Source: a virus
IMG/VR virus record: IMGVR_UViG_3300009768_000008
Coordinates: 905-64,904 of that record
Strand: one strand, 5' to 3'
DNA: 64,000 nucleotides
Shown: positions 1 through 10,359 of the stretch, piece after piece
Layout: every line of letters starts with the position of its first letter
Position numbering within the stretch: position 1 is the stretch's first letter
Translations under genes and position numbers: made by a program
The notes under the pieces: model-generated
The model's input: the letters and a program-made list of their open reading frames with translations, nothing else
Told to the model about the DNA's origin: nothing
The model's database searches: none

Positions 1-1195
1 TTGTAGTACCATCCCAACGATATTTGATAGTACCATTTCCATCAGCTAGTACAATGTTGTTAGATACGTTTCCAATCACTACTTCCTGGCCGATGACAGT
101 GTTATAAGAACCTGTTGTGATTCCAGTTCCGAAATTACCACCACCAATAATCGTGTTGTTATTACCTTGAGTAATGCCAGCTCCAGCATTTTGACCGAAA
201 GCTGCATTCTTAGCTCCAGATGTAACATTAGGAAGAGTAGTATATCCAACAGCCGTATTCAGATCACCTGTTGTACGACTGGCTAATACTCCGTCTGCTC
301 CGATAGCTACTGAGTAGTAATCTTTACCATCAGAGATTTCCATACCCATACCAACCATGATCTTGGTATCAAACTGTATAGAAAACCCATCTTGAGTGAT
401 TGTTCTATTACCAGTTAATACACCATCTGCAGTATAAAAGTTTGGAACACTCCAGGATCTATCAGTAGAAAGATCATAAGCAGTACCGTTTATTGTAAGA
501 ATACGTGCATTTGTTACCGGGGTGTATGTGAGAGCGGTAGTTACATCAGAAGCCCCCAGAGTGATTGCTCCAGTTCTTGTATTGAAAGAACTCACACCTG
601 CTGCAATAGTCCATGAACGATCAGCAGAAAGGTCATATGTGGTACCATTGATCGTAAGTGTACGAGAAGTTGGTACCAGGTTCAGTTGAGCTTTGGTCAT
701 GTATTTGAGCTCATACTGTGAACCGTTTAGTTGAAAGACTGCAATCTTATCAGGATCTGTTACTGCGTTATTAATAACAGTTGCAAAAAGACCACCACCA
801 GCTACTATATTTCCAAACGTAGAGAGAACTCCTGAAGAGTTTAATGTCATCAGATCTCCGTTGGTTGTAGAAAGTCCATCCGTGTTTATTCCCCACTTTA
901 ACTGTCCTGTACTATGTACATATATTGAGTAGGTAGAATTAGTAAGATTGGTATCTGTAATCCACATGCCAGGAGAACCCGCACGCTTTAAAAGTACATA
1001 ACCGTTTTCTGCGATCACGTTACCTTTAAGTCGTGTGTTACCATTAACATCTAGTTTATACCCAGAGTCAATAAGTGTTCCTACCAATAGATGCCCACTA
1101 GAAGGAATAGAAAGACTAGCTGGTAGCGTTACATTACCAGCATCGTCATAACTAACGATGTTAATAAGATTGGATGTCTTTCTTTGGGGGTTCAT
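1..1195 (-). CDS. tail fibre / receptor-binding protein, N-terminal ~398 aa (gene continues beyond the window start)
   Basis: ATG at 1195-1193 on the minus strand with an open frame to the window edge. Gly/Thr/Ser/Asn-rich. Internal repeats TLTINGTTYDLSADRSWTI and ILTINGTAYDLSTDRSWSV are shared with the 1860-aa fibre. Confidence 0.55.
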   Translation of the reverse strand, partial: MNPQRKTSNLINIVSYDDAGNVTLPASLSIPSSGHLLVGTLIDSGYKLDVNGNTRLKGNVIAENGYVLLKRAGSPGMWITDTNLTNSTYSIYVHSTGQLKWGINTDGLSTTNGDLMTLNSSGVLSTFGNIVAGGGLFATVINNAVTDPDKIAVFQLNGSQYELKYMTKAQLNLVPTSRTLTINGTTYDLSADRSWTIAAGVSSFNTRTGAITLGASDVTTALTYTPVTNARILTINGTAYDLSTDRSWSVPNFYTADGVLTGNRTITQDGFSIQFDTKIMVGMGMEISDGKDYYSVAIGADGVLASRTTGDLNTAVGYTTLPNVTSGAKNAAFGQNAGAGITQGNNNTIIGGGNFGTGITTGSYNTVIGQEVVIGNVSNNIVLADGNGTIKYRWDGTT

Positions 1196-1212
1196 TACGG
1201 ATTACTTAAAGA

Positions 1213-1491
1213 TTAAACCAGGGGAAGCAGTGTGATATTCAGCTTGTCAGCTACATACTGATAGGCTGATTCATTACTGTTATCCCAGGCTACATAGTCA
1301 TTACCTTCCATCAGAACATTACCTTCTGCAATAGAGGTTTCAACAAAAGGTTCTGTAACTGCTACGTTATAGAGTTGGTAGTAAAACTTAGCATAACTTT
1401 TAAGATCGTCATACACACTTACTACACTGATCTTGCTGATGGTCATTAACCGACCATTGTACCATACATCAAAAGGTTGGATTGTTCTCAT
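1213..1491 (-). CDS. hypothetical protein (92 aa) between the two fibre genes; possible fibre assembly factor
   Basis: ORF track; compact spacing in the fibre operon. Confidence 0.4.
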   Translation of the reverse strand: MRTIQPFDVWYNGRLMTISKISVVSVYDDLKSYAKFYYQLYNVAVTEPFVETSIAEGNVLMEGNDYVAWDNSNESAYQYVADKLNITLLPLV

Positions 1492-1496
1492 AGTTG

Positions 1497-4400
1497 TTAA
1501 TATTCTGTTTCGATATAAATACGGTTAATACCAAGCTGGATCTGGGTAGCTACTGTTAAAGCAGCATTACTAGCCAGAACACCAGCTGTAAGTAAGGTTG
1601 TGTTTGTGGGAAGGTTGGTTGTAGCAGTACCAGAAGCCTCGGTACCAGTTGTGATATCCACAATTCTCCAAGTATATTGTGAACTGTTTGGAGCACAGTA
1701 GATAAATAGATCATATCCTTTTTTGGATGTGATTGTAAAGCCAGTTGAAGCTTTTGTAGCAGCTGTACCTCTTGTAAGGAACGAGATAGCTCCGTTATCA
1801 GCAGCATCCACACAGAATCCTACAGTATTGTTCAAAGCTGAAGGATCTGCAGATACTACAGTGGTAGCAGAGTGCATGCCAGCAAAGAAACGACCACCAT
1901 TTGTCCATACGTCAAAACCACAACGAGTATAGAAGAAGAAACCACCTTGACCAGCAGCACCACCCCTCATAAACATGGCATCAGTATTTCTTTGACCAAG
2001 TACCTGGTTCGTTGTAGTTACCACATTTGCGTACCTACTTCTCTTTGTGGCAGTATAAACGTTGGTAGTTGTAGGAAGGGCTGACGTAAATGTACCAGAA
2101 CCAGCACCAGCTGTACCAATCCACAAACCAGCTGTTGCACCAGTGGTTGTCCACAGTACAATGTTGTTCTGCCATAAAGCAGATTGTAGAGACATGGCCA
2201 GACCAGTATCCCCGAGGATTCTAGCTGTTGCTCTACCAGCAATATACTTAGAGTATTTTACTGTGTTACCAGATGCAGGAACAGAAGGTTCTGTACTCAG
2301 ACCTTTGATAAGCATCTGACTATTTGTAGCCAGTAATGATAAGATACCATTTGTGTCATCCCAGGTAAAGTTAGCAGATGCTCCCAGGGTACCGGCATTA
2401 TTATATTGGATCTGGGTATTTGAACCAGCCGGTGAAGCTGTTACAGTAGCCCAAGTATTATCTCCCCTCAGATATGTTGACGCTGAAGGGGTACCTGTAG
2501 CTGAAAGGTTTGAGATACCTACAATGGAGTTAGCCAGAGTTGTAGCAATAGCTGTTGTCCCAGATCCTGTTACAGCTCCGGATAATGTGATTGTTTGGTT
2601 ACCTGTGAGATAAGTGTTTGTATCCAGAGCGAACGTACCAGCAGATGTCATCTTCACAAAGGAAGTTGAGACAAAGGACAGACCTGCTAAAGAAGTCAGG
2701 TTTGTGGACAAAGGTTGAGCACCAATAGTGTTATAACTTACTGTAAGAGCACTAGCTCCATTGAAAGTACTACCAGAAGTTCCACCGGTACCACCATTGT
2801 TGAATGTAATAGCATTTGTTGTTGTACCACCACTACCAGATGGCGCGGCCCATGTTCCATCTGCACGAAGGAAGTTAGAAGTTCCTCCACCAGAAGCAGG
2901 AACCAGACCTTTCAGAGTACTTGTAAAGACATCCAGAAGTGTGGTAGCTTGTGTACCAGTCAATGTTTCCACGTTACCAGTTCCAGCTGTCACCCTACCA
3001 TGGAATGTACCAGTAGCTACCTGGGCCAACATGGCATTGGTTACCTTATTAGCACCAATGGTTGTTGTGATTGCTGTTGTACCAGTACCGGAAATATCTC
3101 CAGAGAGTGTGATAGATTGGTTGGCTGTCAGATAAGTAGAACTATCCAGGCTACCATCACCTTTTACAAACTGACCAGACGTACCAGAAATATAGCTTAT
3201 AACACCGGCTGTGGATTTTACAATACCAGTTCCTGACAAAGGAGCCTGATAGCTAAGAGCAGGAATATCAGTAGCAACCAGTAACCTAAATCCTGGAGTA
3301 CCTGCAGAACCATTAGGAGCCGCATATACAAAGTTTGCAGTTTGAGATCCAAATGTGTTGTTTAGATCTGTACCGGTAACAGCTGTGTTACCCGTTACGC
3401 GACCCTTTGTATCCAGGGTGATCTTTACAAAGTTGGCACCAGTAGATTGAACTACAGTAGCTAAGGTAGTTGTAATAGCGGTTGACCCTGTACCAGAAAC
3501 GTCACCAGAAAGAGTGATCGACTGGTTTGCAGTTAGATAGGTTGAGGTATCAAATACCCAGGTATTGGTACCTGTACCAGTGTACTTCAGTAAGCCAGCA
3601 CTGGCTCCGAGAGCCGGGAGAGCTACCCCTCTAAGACCTGTAACTGTTATTGCGGGTGTCAGAGATGTAGCACCAGATCCACCAGAAGAAGATACATCTC
3701 CTGTAGGACTGAATGAGATTGTCTGGTTAGCTGTAAGATAAGTACTCGTGTCTAGAGTCCAGGTATTCAGAGCTGTTTTCTTAGCAAAACCTGTAGTTCC
3801 AGCCAGTGCTGCTATGGCACTAAGATCACCATCAAGCGGTTGATATGTTGTGGCAGCAGTAGCTGAAGTCAGATAAGGACTCAAAGCTGAACTGGTAATA
3901 TATCCAGAGTCATTCGTAAATGAAGATACGTTTGTCGGGGCCCCTGTTAGCTTACTATAGGCCAGGGAAGTAATCCAGGTTGGATCAGCGTACGAACCAC
4001 TTGTCAGAACATCACCAACACTCCAGGAACGGTTGAGAGATAAATCCAGGGTAGTACCGTTAATAGTCAAAGTTCTGGTTGTCTGTACATATCCGGTAAG
4101 GGCTGATGAGGTTATATAACCAGCATCATTTGTAAAACTGGATACGTTTGTGGGTGCTCCAGTCAGTTTACCATAAGCTAATGAAGTGATCCATGCAGGG
4201 TTTGCATAAGATCCAGAAGTATAAACTCCATTTGTTACAGTTCCGGCATTTCCACTAATACTGATGCTCCAGGTACCAGAAGCACCTGTACCGGTCAGAG
4301 AAGGAATATCAGTACCAATAGCCAGACCAAGATTTGTTCTAGCTGCCAGAGCTGTACTTGCACCAGTACCACCATTTACAATACCAAGTTCTCCAGATAC

Positions 4401-7079
4401 AGCTGCTGACTGATTTAAAGCTACCGCATTCCATTCTACCTGTGTACCGGTAGCATTAACCAGAAGTGATTTATAAGCGGCACCAAGAGTAAGTTTACCC
4501 CAGGTATTTAAGGCAGAACCGTATAACAGATCTCCTACTGCTACGGTACTTAAACCAGTACCACCATGAGTAGGATCTACAATTCCAGATAAAGAAAACT
4601 CAGTTCCAATAAGTTGTAAAGGAGCCAATGCTGAGTAATCCGGAGATGCACTAAAGAGTGTAAAGTCAATATCACTAACACCAAAGATAATTGGTGTACT
4701 GATCGTCATTACATAAGACTCACCAGCACCAGGACTACCTTCTTTCAGATAGAAGTAGTCACCCTGGCCAAGTTTTGATGTACTATTTGGTCCGTATTTA
4801 TTAGTATCAGTAGAGCGGGTAAGCACCCAGTTAGTAGAACCAGATCCTACGTTTGTTACGGTATAAATACCGTTTTTGTACATAGCAACATCTTGATCAA
4901 GTAAAACTCGATCACCCACATTCATTGTAACACCATTGATGACAAGAGCTGCTTGTACACCAGCATTTGTAAGAGTGGCTCCAACACCGGTATTAGCTTT
5001 ACCACCTAGAGTATATCCAGATCCATTTGTAAGAGTTGTAATCTCAACACCACCATAAGTGGCAGATACTAGAAATGTATTCGGTGTAGGTACATCATGT
5101 ACAAAGTAGGCAACACCAGTTGTCAGACCATAAGCTGATGTATTGAATGTCACTACATCATCTACAGATAATCCATGGTTTACAGAAGTTGTCAGTGTTG
5201 TACCGCCTGAGATTGCAGTTACTGTAAACGTAGTTCCACCATCAGCATAGGTGGCGTTAACAGGACCATGAAGTTCTACACGAACTGCAGGATGAATATC
5301 AATACCAGTTGAGGTAGCATTATCTACATACTCTTTTGTAGTAAGTTGTGTAGCGTAAGTAACTGGGGCTGTAGCATACATAGCACCAGTAGATGATACG
5401 TTTCCAGTAATTCTGGCTGAACCAACAACCTGGAGTTTGTTTACCGTATCATCAGTAATAGTATTCAGAAGCAGGTTACCTGTTGCTGCTTTCAAGGTCA
5501 TTTTGATATCAGCAGAAGACAGACCACCTGCAAACAGCACAATATCACTACCAGGAGTACCAGTACCTAAGTAGAGCATAGAAGGCTGAGCTCCTGCCCC
5601 ACCTCCGGTAAACACATAACCAGAGTTAGCTGGAAAGATTGAATAGGTACTAGAGCTGTAGTTAGAGCTGTTGATACCCATATCAATGAAATAAGAATCT
5701 ACATCTGATGCATCATTATAAGCTACAAAGTCAGCTGAAGCATCTGAACCAGCATGTAGGTTTTGTACATATACCAACTGATAGTTGTTGGTATTTGATA
5801 CAAAACTAGCCATGGTATTGATGTACGGGGTATTACTTGTAACACCAGTACCATATACCTGTAGAGTCTTTGCTATGATGTCAGTAGCTGTAAGATCGTG
5901 TAAACCAAGATCCAGATCAGAAGTTGCCCCACTATAAGGAACGAATCCTGATACAGCAGCTACAGAAAGTGTAAAGTTTGGATAACTACCAGTGATTGTT
6001 ACTCCACCTCCATTTGTAAGTGTTACTACCTGATCAGGAGCAGAGTTAGTAATTACACCAGTAGTATTGTTATAGTTAATACCAGTACCAGAAGATAAAC
6101 CAGTACGAGCTATATAGTTGTTTGGATTACTTAAAGGATAGTAAGTGGCTGCTGCTGTTACAGAAGTCAGATAACTACCAAGAGCAGAAGGTATGACATA
6201 GTCTACCCCAGCTGTGGCGGCACTGATAGCAGTACCATTACCTTTCAGTAAGCCATTGATTGTAGTAGATAAAGTGATGGCTGGTGTAGTTGTAGCATTA
6301 GCTACAGTTCCTGCAAAACCGTTTGCTGAAACAATAGAAACAGTAGTTACTCCACCTGTAGATACTGATGCCCAGGAAAGAGAAGAGCCATCTGTTGTCA
6401 GGAATTTACCTCCATTACCAGTTTGATCAGGAAGAGTTACTTCCATCAGAAGATCTGAGTAGATTACAATATCTACCACATCACCACTATGAACTGGATC
6501 AACAAATGTGATACTGTGAGAAGTATTAGAGAACGAAGAGGTATTTATACGAACACCATTGATGAATACATCAAAGTATCCTACAACGAGCGTATGAGTA
6601 GTATTAAAAAGAGTCTGACCTTCAATACCACTGAAACTTTCTGTATAACGAGTAGTTGCGGTACCGGAAATAGCAGCTGTGGATATGTTGGAGATACGAC
6701 CATACTGGTCAACAGTAATAATAGGAACAGCGTTTGTTCCTCCGTAAGTATCTGCAGTTACCCCGGTAGTTGCCAGATCCAGAGTAACATCACCTGTTCC
6801 AGGATCAACGCCAGTACTTAAGATTGAAAGATTAGGTCCAACTGATATCTTACTTACATATGCTACGTCAATAGAAGATCCACTCCAACCAGTACCATTC
6901 CAGGTAAACAGGTTATTTAGAGTAATATCATAAACAATGAAACCCTTATCACTAAGACCAAGAGTTCCACCAAGAGTGGTTCTATCAGTAGTAGTTAAAG
7001 GGTGAACCCGGGCGTTTAACAGCTTGTTTTTGTCCAGGTCTATGTTGTGTAGATATCTTGTTGTATCTAAGGTAGACAT
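1497..7079 (-). CDS. giant tail fibre / receptor-binding protein (1860 aa), repeat-rich
   Basis: Uninterrupted 5.6-kb ORF. Low-complexity G/T/S/N/A composition. Four or more copies of the module TYLTANQSITLSGDVSGTGSTAITTT and a tandem duplication of SGSYA(N/D)P(A/T)WITSLAY(G/S)KLTGAPTNVSSFTND(A/S)GYITSSAL. A strand-switched antisense ORF inside it was rejected. Confidence 0.7.
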   Translation of the reverse strand: MSTLDTTRYLHNIDLDKNKLLNARVHPLTTTDRTTLGGTLGLSDKGFIVYDITLNNLFTWNGTGWSGSSIDVAYVSKISVGPNLSILSTGVDPGTGDVTLDLATTGVTADTYGGTNAVPIITVDQYGRISNISTAAISGTATTRYTESFSGIEGQTLFNTTHTLVVGYFDVFINGVRINTSSFSNTSHSITFVDPVHSGDVVDIVIYSDLLMEVTLPDQTGNGGKFLTTDGSSLSWASVSTGGVTTVSIVSANGFAGTVANATTTPAITLSTTINGLLKGNGTAISAATAGVDYVIPSALGSYLTSVTAAATYYPLSNPNNYIARTGLSSGTGINYNNTTGVITNSAPDQVVTLTNGGGVTITGSYPNFTLSVAAVSGFVPYSGATSDLDLGLHDLTATDIIAKTLQVYGTGVTSNTPYINTMASFVSNTNNYQLVYVQNLHAGSDASADFVAYNDASDVDSYFIDMGINSSNYSSSTYSIFPANSGYVFTGGGAGAQPSMLYLGTGTPGSDIVLFAGGLSSADIKMTLKAATGNLLLNTITDDTVNKLQVVGSARITGNVSSTGAMYATAPVTYATQLTTKEYVDNATSTGIDIHPAVRVELHGPVNATYADGGTTFTVTAISGGTTLTTSVNHGLSVDDVVTFNTSAYGLTTGVAYFVHDVPTPNTFLVSATYGGVEITTLTNGSGYTLGGKANTGVGATLTNAGVQAALVINGVTMNVGDRVLLDQDVAMYKNGIYTVTNVGSGSTNWVLTRSTDTNKYGPNSTSKLGQGDYFYLKEGSPGAGESYVMTISTPIIFGVSDIDFTLFSASPDYSALAPLQLIGTEFSLSGIVDPTHGGTGLSTVAVGDLLYGSALNTWGKLTLGAAYKSLLVNATGTQVEWNAVALNQSAAVSGELGIVNGGTGASTALAARTNLGLAIGTDIPSLTGTGASGTWSISISGNAGTVTNGVYTSGSYANPAWITSLAYGKLTGAPTNVSSFTNDAGYITSSALTGYVQTTRTLTINGTTLDLSLNRSWSVGDVLTSGSYADPTWITSLAYSKLTGAPTNVSSFTNDSGYITSSALSPYLTSATAATTYQPLDGDLSAIAALAGTTGFAKKTALNTWTLDTSTYLTANQTISFSPTGDVSSSGGSGATSLTPAITVTGLRGVALPALGASAGLLKYTGTGTNTWVFDTSTYLTANQSITLSGDVSGTGSTAITTTLATVVQSTGANFVKITLDTKGRVTGNTAVTGTDLNNTFGSQTANFVYAAPNGSAGTPGFRLLVATDIPALSYQAPLSGTGIVKSTAGVISYISGTSGQFVKGDGSLDSSTYLTANQSITLSGDISGTGTTAITTTIGANKVTNAMLAQVATGTFHGRVTAGTGNVETLTGTQATTLLDVFTSTLKGLVPASGGGTSNFLRADGTWAAPSGSGGTTTNAITFNNGGTGGTSGSTFNGASALTVSYNTIGAQPLSTNLTSLAGLSFVSTSFVKMTSAGTFALDTNTYLTGNQTITLSGAVTGSGTTAIATTLANSIVGISNLSATGTPSASTYLRGDNTWATVTASPAGSNTQIQYNNAGTLGASANFTWDDTNGILSLLATNSQMLIKGLSTEPSVPASGNTVKYSKYIAGRATARILGDTGLAMSLQSALWQNNIVLWTTTGATAGLWIGTAGAGSGTFTSALPTTTNVYTATKRSRYANVVTTTNQVLGQRNTDAMFMRGGAAGQGGFFFYTRCGFDVWTNGGRFFAGMHSATTVVSADPSALNNTVGFCVDAADNGAISFLTRGTAATKASTGFTITSKKGYDLFIYCAPNSSQYTWRIVDITTGTEASGTATTNLPTNTTLLTAGVLASNAALTVATQIQLGINRIYIETEY

Positions 7080-7699
7080 TAGGATAAGTATGCTTTACCG
7101 GCAACAGCCTGGTTAAAATAGATTTTTAGTGTGTTGTTATCAACCACTTCTATGGTACCTACTATATCGTTTCCATCCTGATCTTCTGTTCTGACGTTTG
7201 GCACCATATTCATACCGTGGGTAATCACCCAAACAGTAGCAGGTGTGCTCTGTGTAAATACATAAGAGCTGTTATGATTGATGGTAACAGCCGGGTTAAG
7301 ATTGATCCTTGTGATACAACCACCACTGTTTACCTCAATAATATTCTGATTACCGTTTCCATATGCAAAACCAACTCCCAAAGTTTGGGGACCTGTTGGT
7401 GAACCCGTTTTGTAATAGCCCGGGCCCCAGGCATCTTTTGTAGAATCATATTGTACAAGAGAGTCGTTCCTATAGTTAACTGGTAGGAACGTAGTATAGT
7501 TCATATTAGTCTGACACAGTGCATCCTCGTCTTCGTTACTCTGCCAGTCTACCAGCTCTTTTCTCATAGAGATCAGATCCGGATCAGCAAAAGATGTCGT
7601 ACAAGAACTGATACCATAACGCATCTGCCGAGCCAGTTTGAACACTGAGTCAGCATATTCCTTATAGTACTTATCTTTTTTAGCGAGGAGGGTTCTCAT
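7079..7699 (-). CDS. hypothetical structural protein (206 aa)
   Basis: ORF track; its stop overlaps the fibre start (shared base), giving a coupled operon. Confidence 0.45.
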   Translation of the reverse strand: MRTLLAKKDKYYKEYADSVFKLARQMRYGISSCTTSFADPDLISMRKELVDWQSNEDEDALCQTNMNYTTFLPVNYRNDSLVQYDSTKDAWGPGYYKTGSPTGPQTLGVGFAYGNGNQNIIEVNSGGCITRINLNPAVTINHNSSYVFTQSTPATVWVITHGMNMVPNVRTEDQDGNDIVGTIEVVDNNTLKIYFNQAVAGKAYLS

Positions 7700-7850
7700 T
7701 AGGAGTAGGATTGATTGTTGTGGATACCACTTTTACCAGGCTATTTTCGTATGGAACTATACAGTTACTGCATACTTGTTTTCCATTGGAAGCTGTTCTG
7801 ATCTGGCAGCCACAGGTGATCTGGGCACCACAGTTACTACATTTTTTCAT
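7680..7850 (-). CDS. small zinc-ribbon-like protein (CxxC x4), 56 aa from an internal Met
   Basis: ORF 7680..7982 trimmed to the Met at 7850 to avoid a 113-nt overlap with the upstream gene. Motif CSNCGAQITCGC...CSNC. Confidence 0.35.
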   Translation of the reverse strand: MKKCSNCGAQITCGCQIRTASNGKQVCSNCIVPYENSLVKVVSTTINPTPNENPPR

Positions 7851-7869
7851 TTGTTTGGTTTTTATTGGT

Positions 7870-8418
7870 TCAGCATGCACACTTAGCAGTGTACTTGTTA
7901 AGTCTCTTCTGAGCGTAAACAAGCAGCTCCATGCCCTGTTCCGGGTCGTGAGCGTATTCCACCTTGGCTTTAGCTGCATCAATGAAGCTCTTGATCAGTC
8001 GAAGCTCGTTGAGCTGTTCCTTTACGTCGGCATCCGGCTCGCATCCACTAAGTTCCAGCTGGGCAAGCAGGTTGTAGTACTTATTGAGAGTCTGTGTTAC
8101 GCGTAAGTAGTCATACTCTACGAACACATTTGAGTTGGGAGATACAGAGTAGTTGATCTTGTAGATACCATCCGGAATCACTTGAGAGTACTCTCCACAA
8201 CCGGTACTTTGAAGACCCAAAGCACAGGCATTGAGAACCAGGTTAAAGTGAGGTAAAACCTCTATAACTACAGGCATGTTGAAACCTGGGGAAGTGATCA
8301 GCAGTTTTCCGCAGTCCACAGTCAGGCCCTCAGCATAGTAGCTGGTATCAAAAAGGCGTAAAACCTTGATATTATTGGTATCTGGCAGCTCTAAACTTAG
8401 CTGATGTTTGCTTGCCAT
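7870..8418 (-). CDS. hypothetical protein (182 aa)
   Basis: ORF track. Confidence 0.45.
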   Translation of the reverse strand: MASKHQLSLELPDTNNIKVLRLFDTSYYAEGLTVDCGKLLITSPGFNMPVVIEVLPHFNLVLNACALGLQSTGCGEYSQVIPDGIYKINYSVSPNSNVFVEYDYLRVTQTLNKYYNLLAQLELSGCEPDADVKEQLNELRLIKSFIDAAKAKVEYAHDPEQGMELLVYAQKRLNKYTAKCAC

Positions 8419-8497
8419 AGGGTATAAACTTTAGAGAGTTATATGTATAATGTGTACAGGTTCTCAATAATAATATACAAAATCTTAAGGACCTATC

Positions 8498-8533
8498 CAA
8501 AAAGAAAAGGGGAAGGTATAGACCTCCCCCTTT
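8498..8533 (-). terminator. intrinsic terminator after the 453-aa structural gene
   Basis: minus strand reads AAGGGGGAGG-tctata-CCTTCCCCTT followed by TTCTTTTTGG. Confidence 0.6.
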
Positions 8534-8551
8534 ATAATGGATCGTGTAAGA

Positions 8552-9913
8552 TTACACAGTTTCCAGACTTACTGAGTTACCAGCAGCAGTGCAGGATGCA
8601 GTGATGAAGGTAGTCAGGTCTGTGGTTGTTGTTCCAGTCGGAACGTGTACAACCAGCAGGTACTGATCGTTGTCGAAGGTACCGGTCGGGTTGTTGAACC
8701 GAGGTACGTTGTGCAGGATCAGCACGCGGTCGTAGAGGGCACTACGTGTTACGGTAGCCAGAGCCGGATCGGCTTCGATCTCACGCATACGCAGGTGTTC
8801 TACGCGGCCGCTATCAGGATAAGCGTTCTGGAGATAACGACCATCCTGGATCAGTTCACGAAGAACTGTTTCGCCAACACCCTGAGCTTGAACAGGAGTC
8901 TGGATCTCGGAAACTGCAAAGCAGTTCACGTCACAAGGCTCACCGTTGTCCATGGTGAAGGAAGGATACAGGAACAGGGGCTCCAGGTCGTACTTATCAG
9001 TTACTGTAAAGGTACAGTTACCGAAAGTAGTGTCTACATAAGCCACTGTCAGGGCCAGGTGGCTTACAACGTCAGTCCAGTTAGAAGTAACCGGAGTGTA
9101 ACCTGCAGTTGTGATCGGAGCGAATACCTGAGCGTTTACATTTGTAGAGCTTGTAGCTTTTGCACTCAGAACGATGTTTGTGTTGCTACCACCGGCAGAA
9201 CCAGCAGCACCAACGCTTACAACAGTAGTGTTACCAGGAAGACCTGCCGCAACTACTTTGTAACCAGCAACGAACTTAGTACGATCAGCATCAGCTACAA
9301 CGATTGTAGCACTACCAGAAGTAGGATCAATTGCTACAGAAGCTTGAGTTTGGTTCCAAACTTTAGCTTGCACAAAGTCCTTCAGCAGCGGGTAGCTGTT
9401 GATCTGGTCTGCCCACTGAAGCAGCACAACGTTCTGATCTACAGGGTTTCCAGAAGCATCACAGCAACCTGTGAAGGCATCCAGAGTACGGTAGATATTG
9501 TGGCTCAGGAAACGCAGAGCAGGGGATCCTTTGATGTCCAGACGAAGACGGTAAGTCTTGTTACACTCGATAGTGCAGCTGGAAGGATCTACGGTAACGA
9601 TTTGGTTTACCGGGCTTTTAGCAGACACCTTGATAAGGCGGCTGATGTACTTGGGGTTGATTACTTTAGACTTTACAGACTCTTTGTAACCACCGTGAAC
9701 GGGGCCAATCTTGTCTGAAGTGAAGTAAGAACCCTGAGCCAGGATAAACGGGGTAGCTTGAGCTGTAGTACCCAGAGCTGCATAAGTCTTGGCATCGAAG
9801 AAACCAAGCTTACCTGCAGTCAGGTCAGCTGTAGTACCAGCATTTGCAAGAGCGATTGCGTTGGTCTCAGGGACCGGCAGGAAGCTCTTTCTAAAGGCAT
9901 GAGGGAAATACAT
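8552..9913 (-). CDS. abundant structural protein (453 aa); candidate tail tube/sheath, decoration or second capsid protein
   Basis: Long ORF followed by a strong terminator. Thr/Ser/Ala-rich beta-type composition. Position is distal to the capsid module. Confidence 0.5.
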   Translation of the reverse strand: MYFPHAFRKSFLPVPETNAIALANAGTTADLTAGKLGFFDAKTYAALGTTAQATPFILAQGSYFTSDKIGPVHGGYKESVKSKVINPKYISRLIKVSAKSPVNQIVTVDPSSCTIECNKTYRLRLDIKGSPALRFLSHNIYRTLDAFTGCCDASGNPVDQNVVLLQWADQINSYPLLKDFVQAKVWNQTQASVAIDPTSGSATIVVADADRTKFVAGYKVVAAGLPGNTTVVSVGAAGSAGGSNTNIVLSAKATSSTNVNAQVFAPITTAGYTPVTSNWTDVVSHLALTVAYVDTTFGNCTFTVTDKYDLEPLFLYPSFTMDNGEPCDVNCFAVSEIQTPVQAQGVGETVLRELIQDGRYLQNAYPDSGRVEHLRMREIEADPALATVTRSALYDRVLILHNVPRFNNPTGTFDNDQYLLVVHVPTGTTTTDLTTFITASCTAAGNSVSLETV

Positions 9914-9949
9914 AGGGCTTTAAAGATTAGGGGTTAATAAATAAAAAAG

Positions 9950-10357
9950 TTATTTTAAGAACAGCAGTTTATACTTGATGCTGTTTATGGTTGACTTTAC
10001 ATTGTCCAGTTCATTCACGATCTCACTATATGGCATCTGACTTTGAAGACTAGTGATCATCTCTTTGATCTCTCTGAGGTAAGCAACAGCTTCCTGCACT
10101 GAGTTCAGAGGTCTTGGAGCTGAATCTTGATAATCCAGAAGCTTCTCAGAAGCTCCTTGAAAACCTTCTGCCAGATCATCAGCATGACCCGGGAGAGCGT
10201 CGTACAGCTCGTTCAGAGCTTTGTGGCCGGCAAAGGATCCAACACCAGTTATCTTCAAGTGAAGCTTGTGAAAGCTGGTTCTCGCGTTCATAAGCTCAGT
10301 AACACAAGAGGCGGTCGTTGATTCCAGTGAAGAACCTGGTCTGGGTAATTTTGTCAT
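9950..10357 (-). CDS. hypothetical protein (135 aa)
   Basis: ORF track. Confidence 0.45.
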   Translation of the reverse strand: MTKLPRPGSSLESTTASCVTELMNARTSFHKLHLKITGVGSFAGHKALNELYDALPGHADDLAEGFQGASEKLLDYQDSAPRPLNSVQEAVAYLREIKEMITSLQSQMPYSEIVNELDNVKSTINSIKYKLLFLK

Positions 10358-10359
10358 GA

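Noticed and set aside
1556-3236. ORFs 1556..1813(-), 1723..1932(+), 2062..2319(+), 2715..3236(+), 2761..3135(+) and similar inside the fibre gene
   Set aside because: They lie antisense or out of frame within a 5.6-kb low-complexity ORF and have Cys/Thr-rich or nonsense-like translations. They are artefacts of the repetitive G/T-rich DNA.
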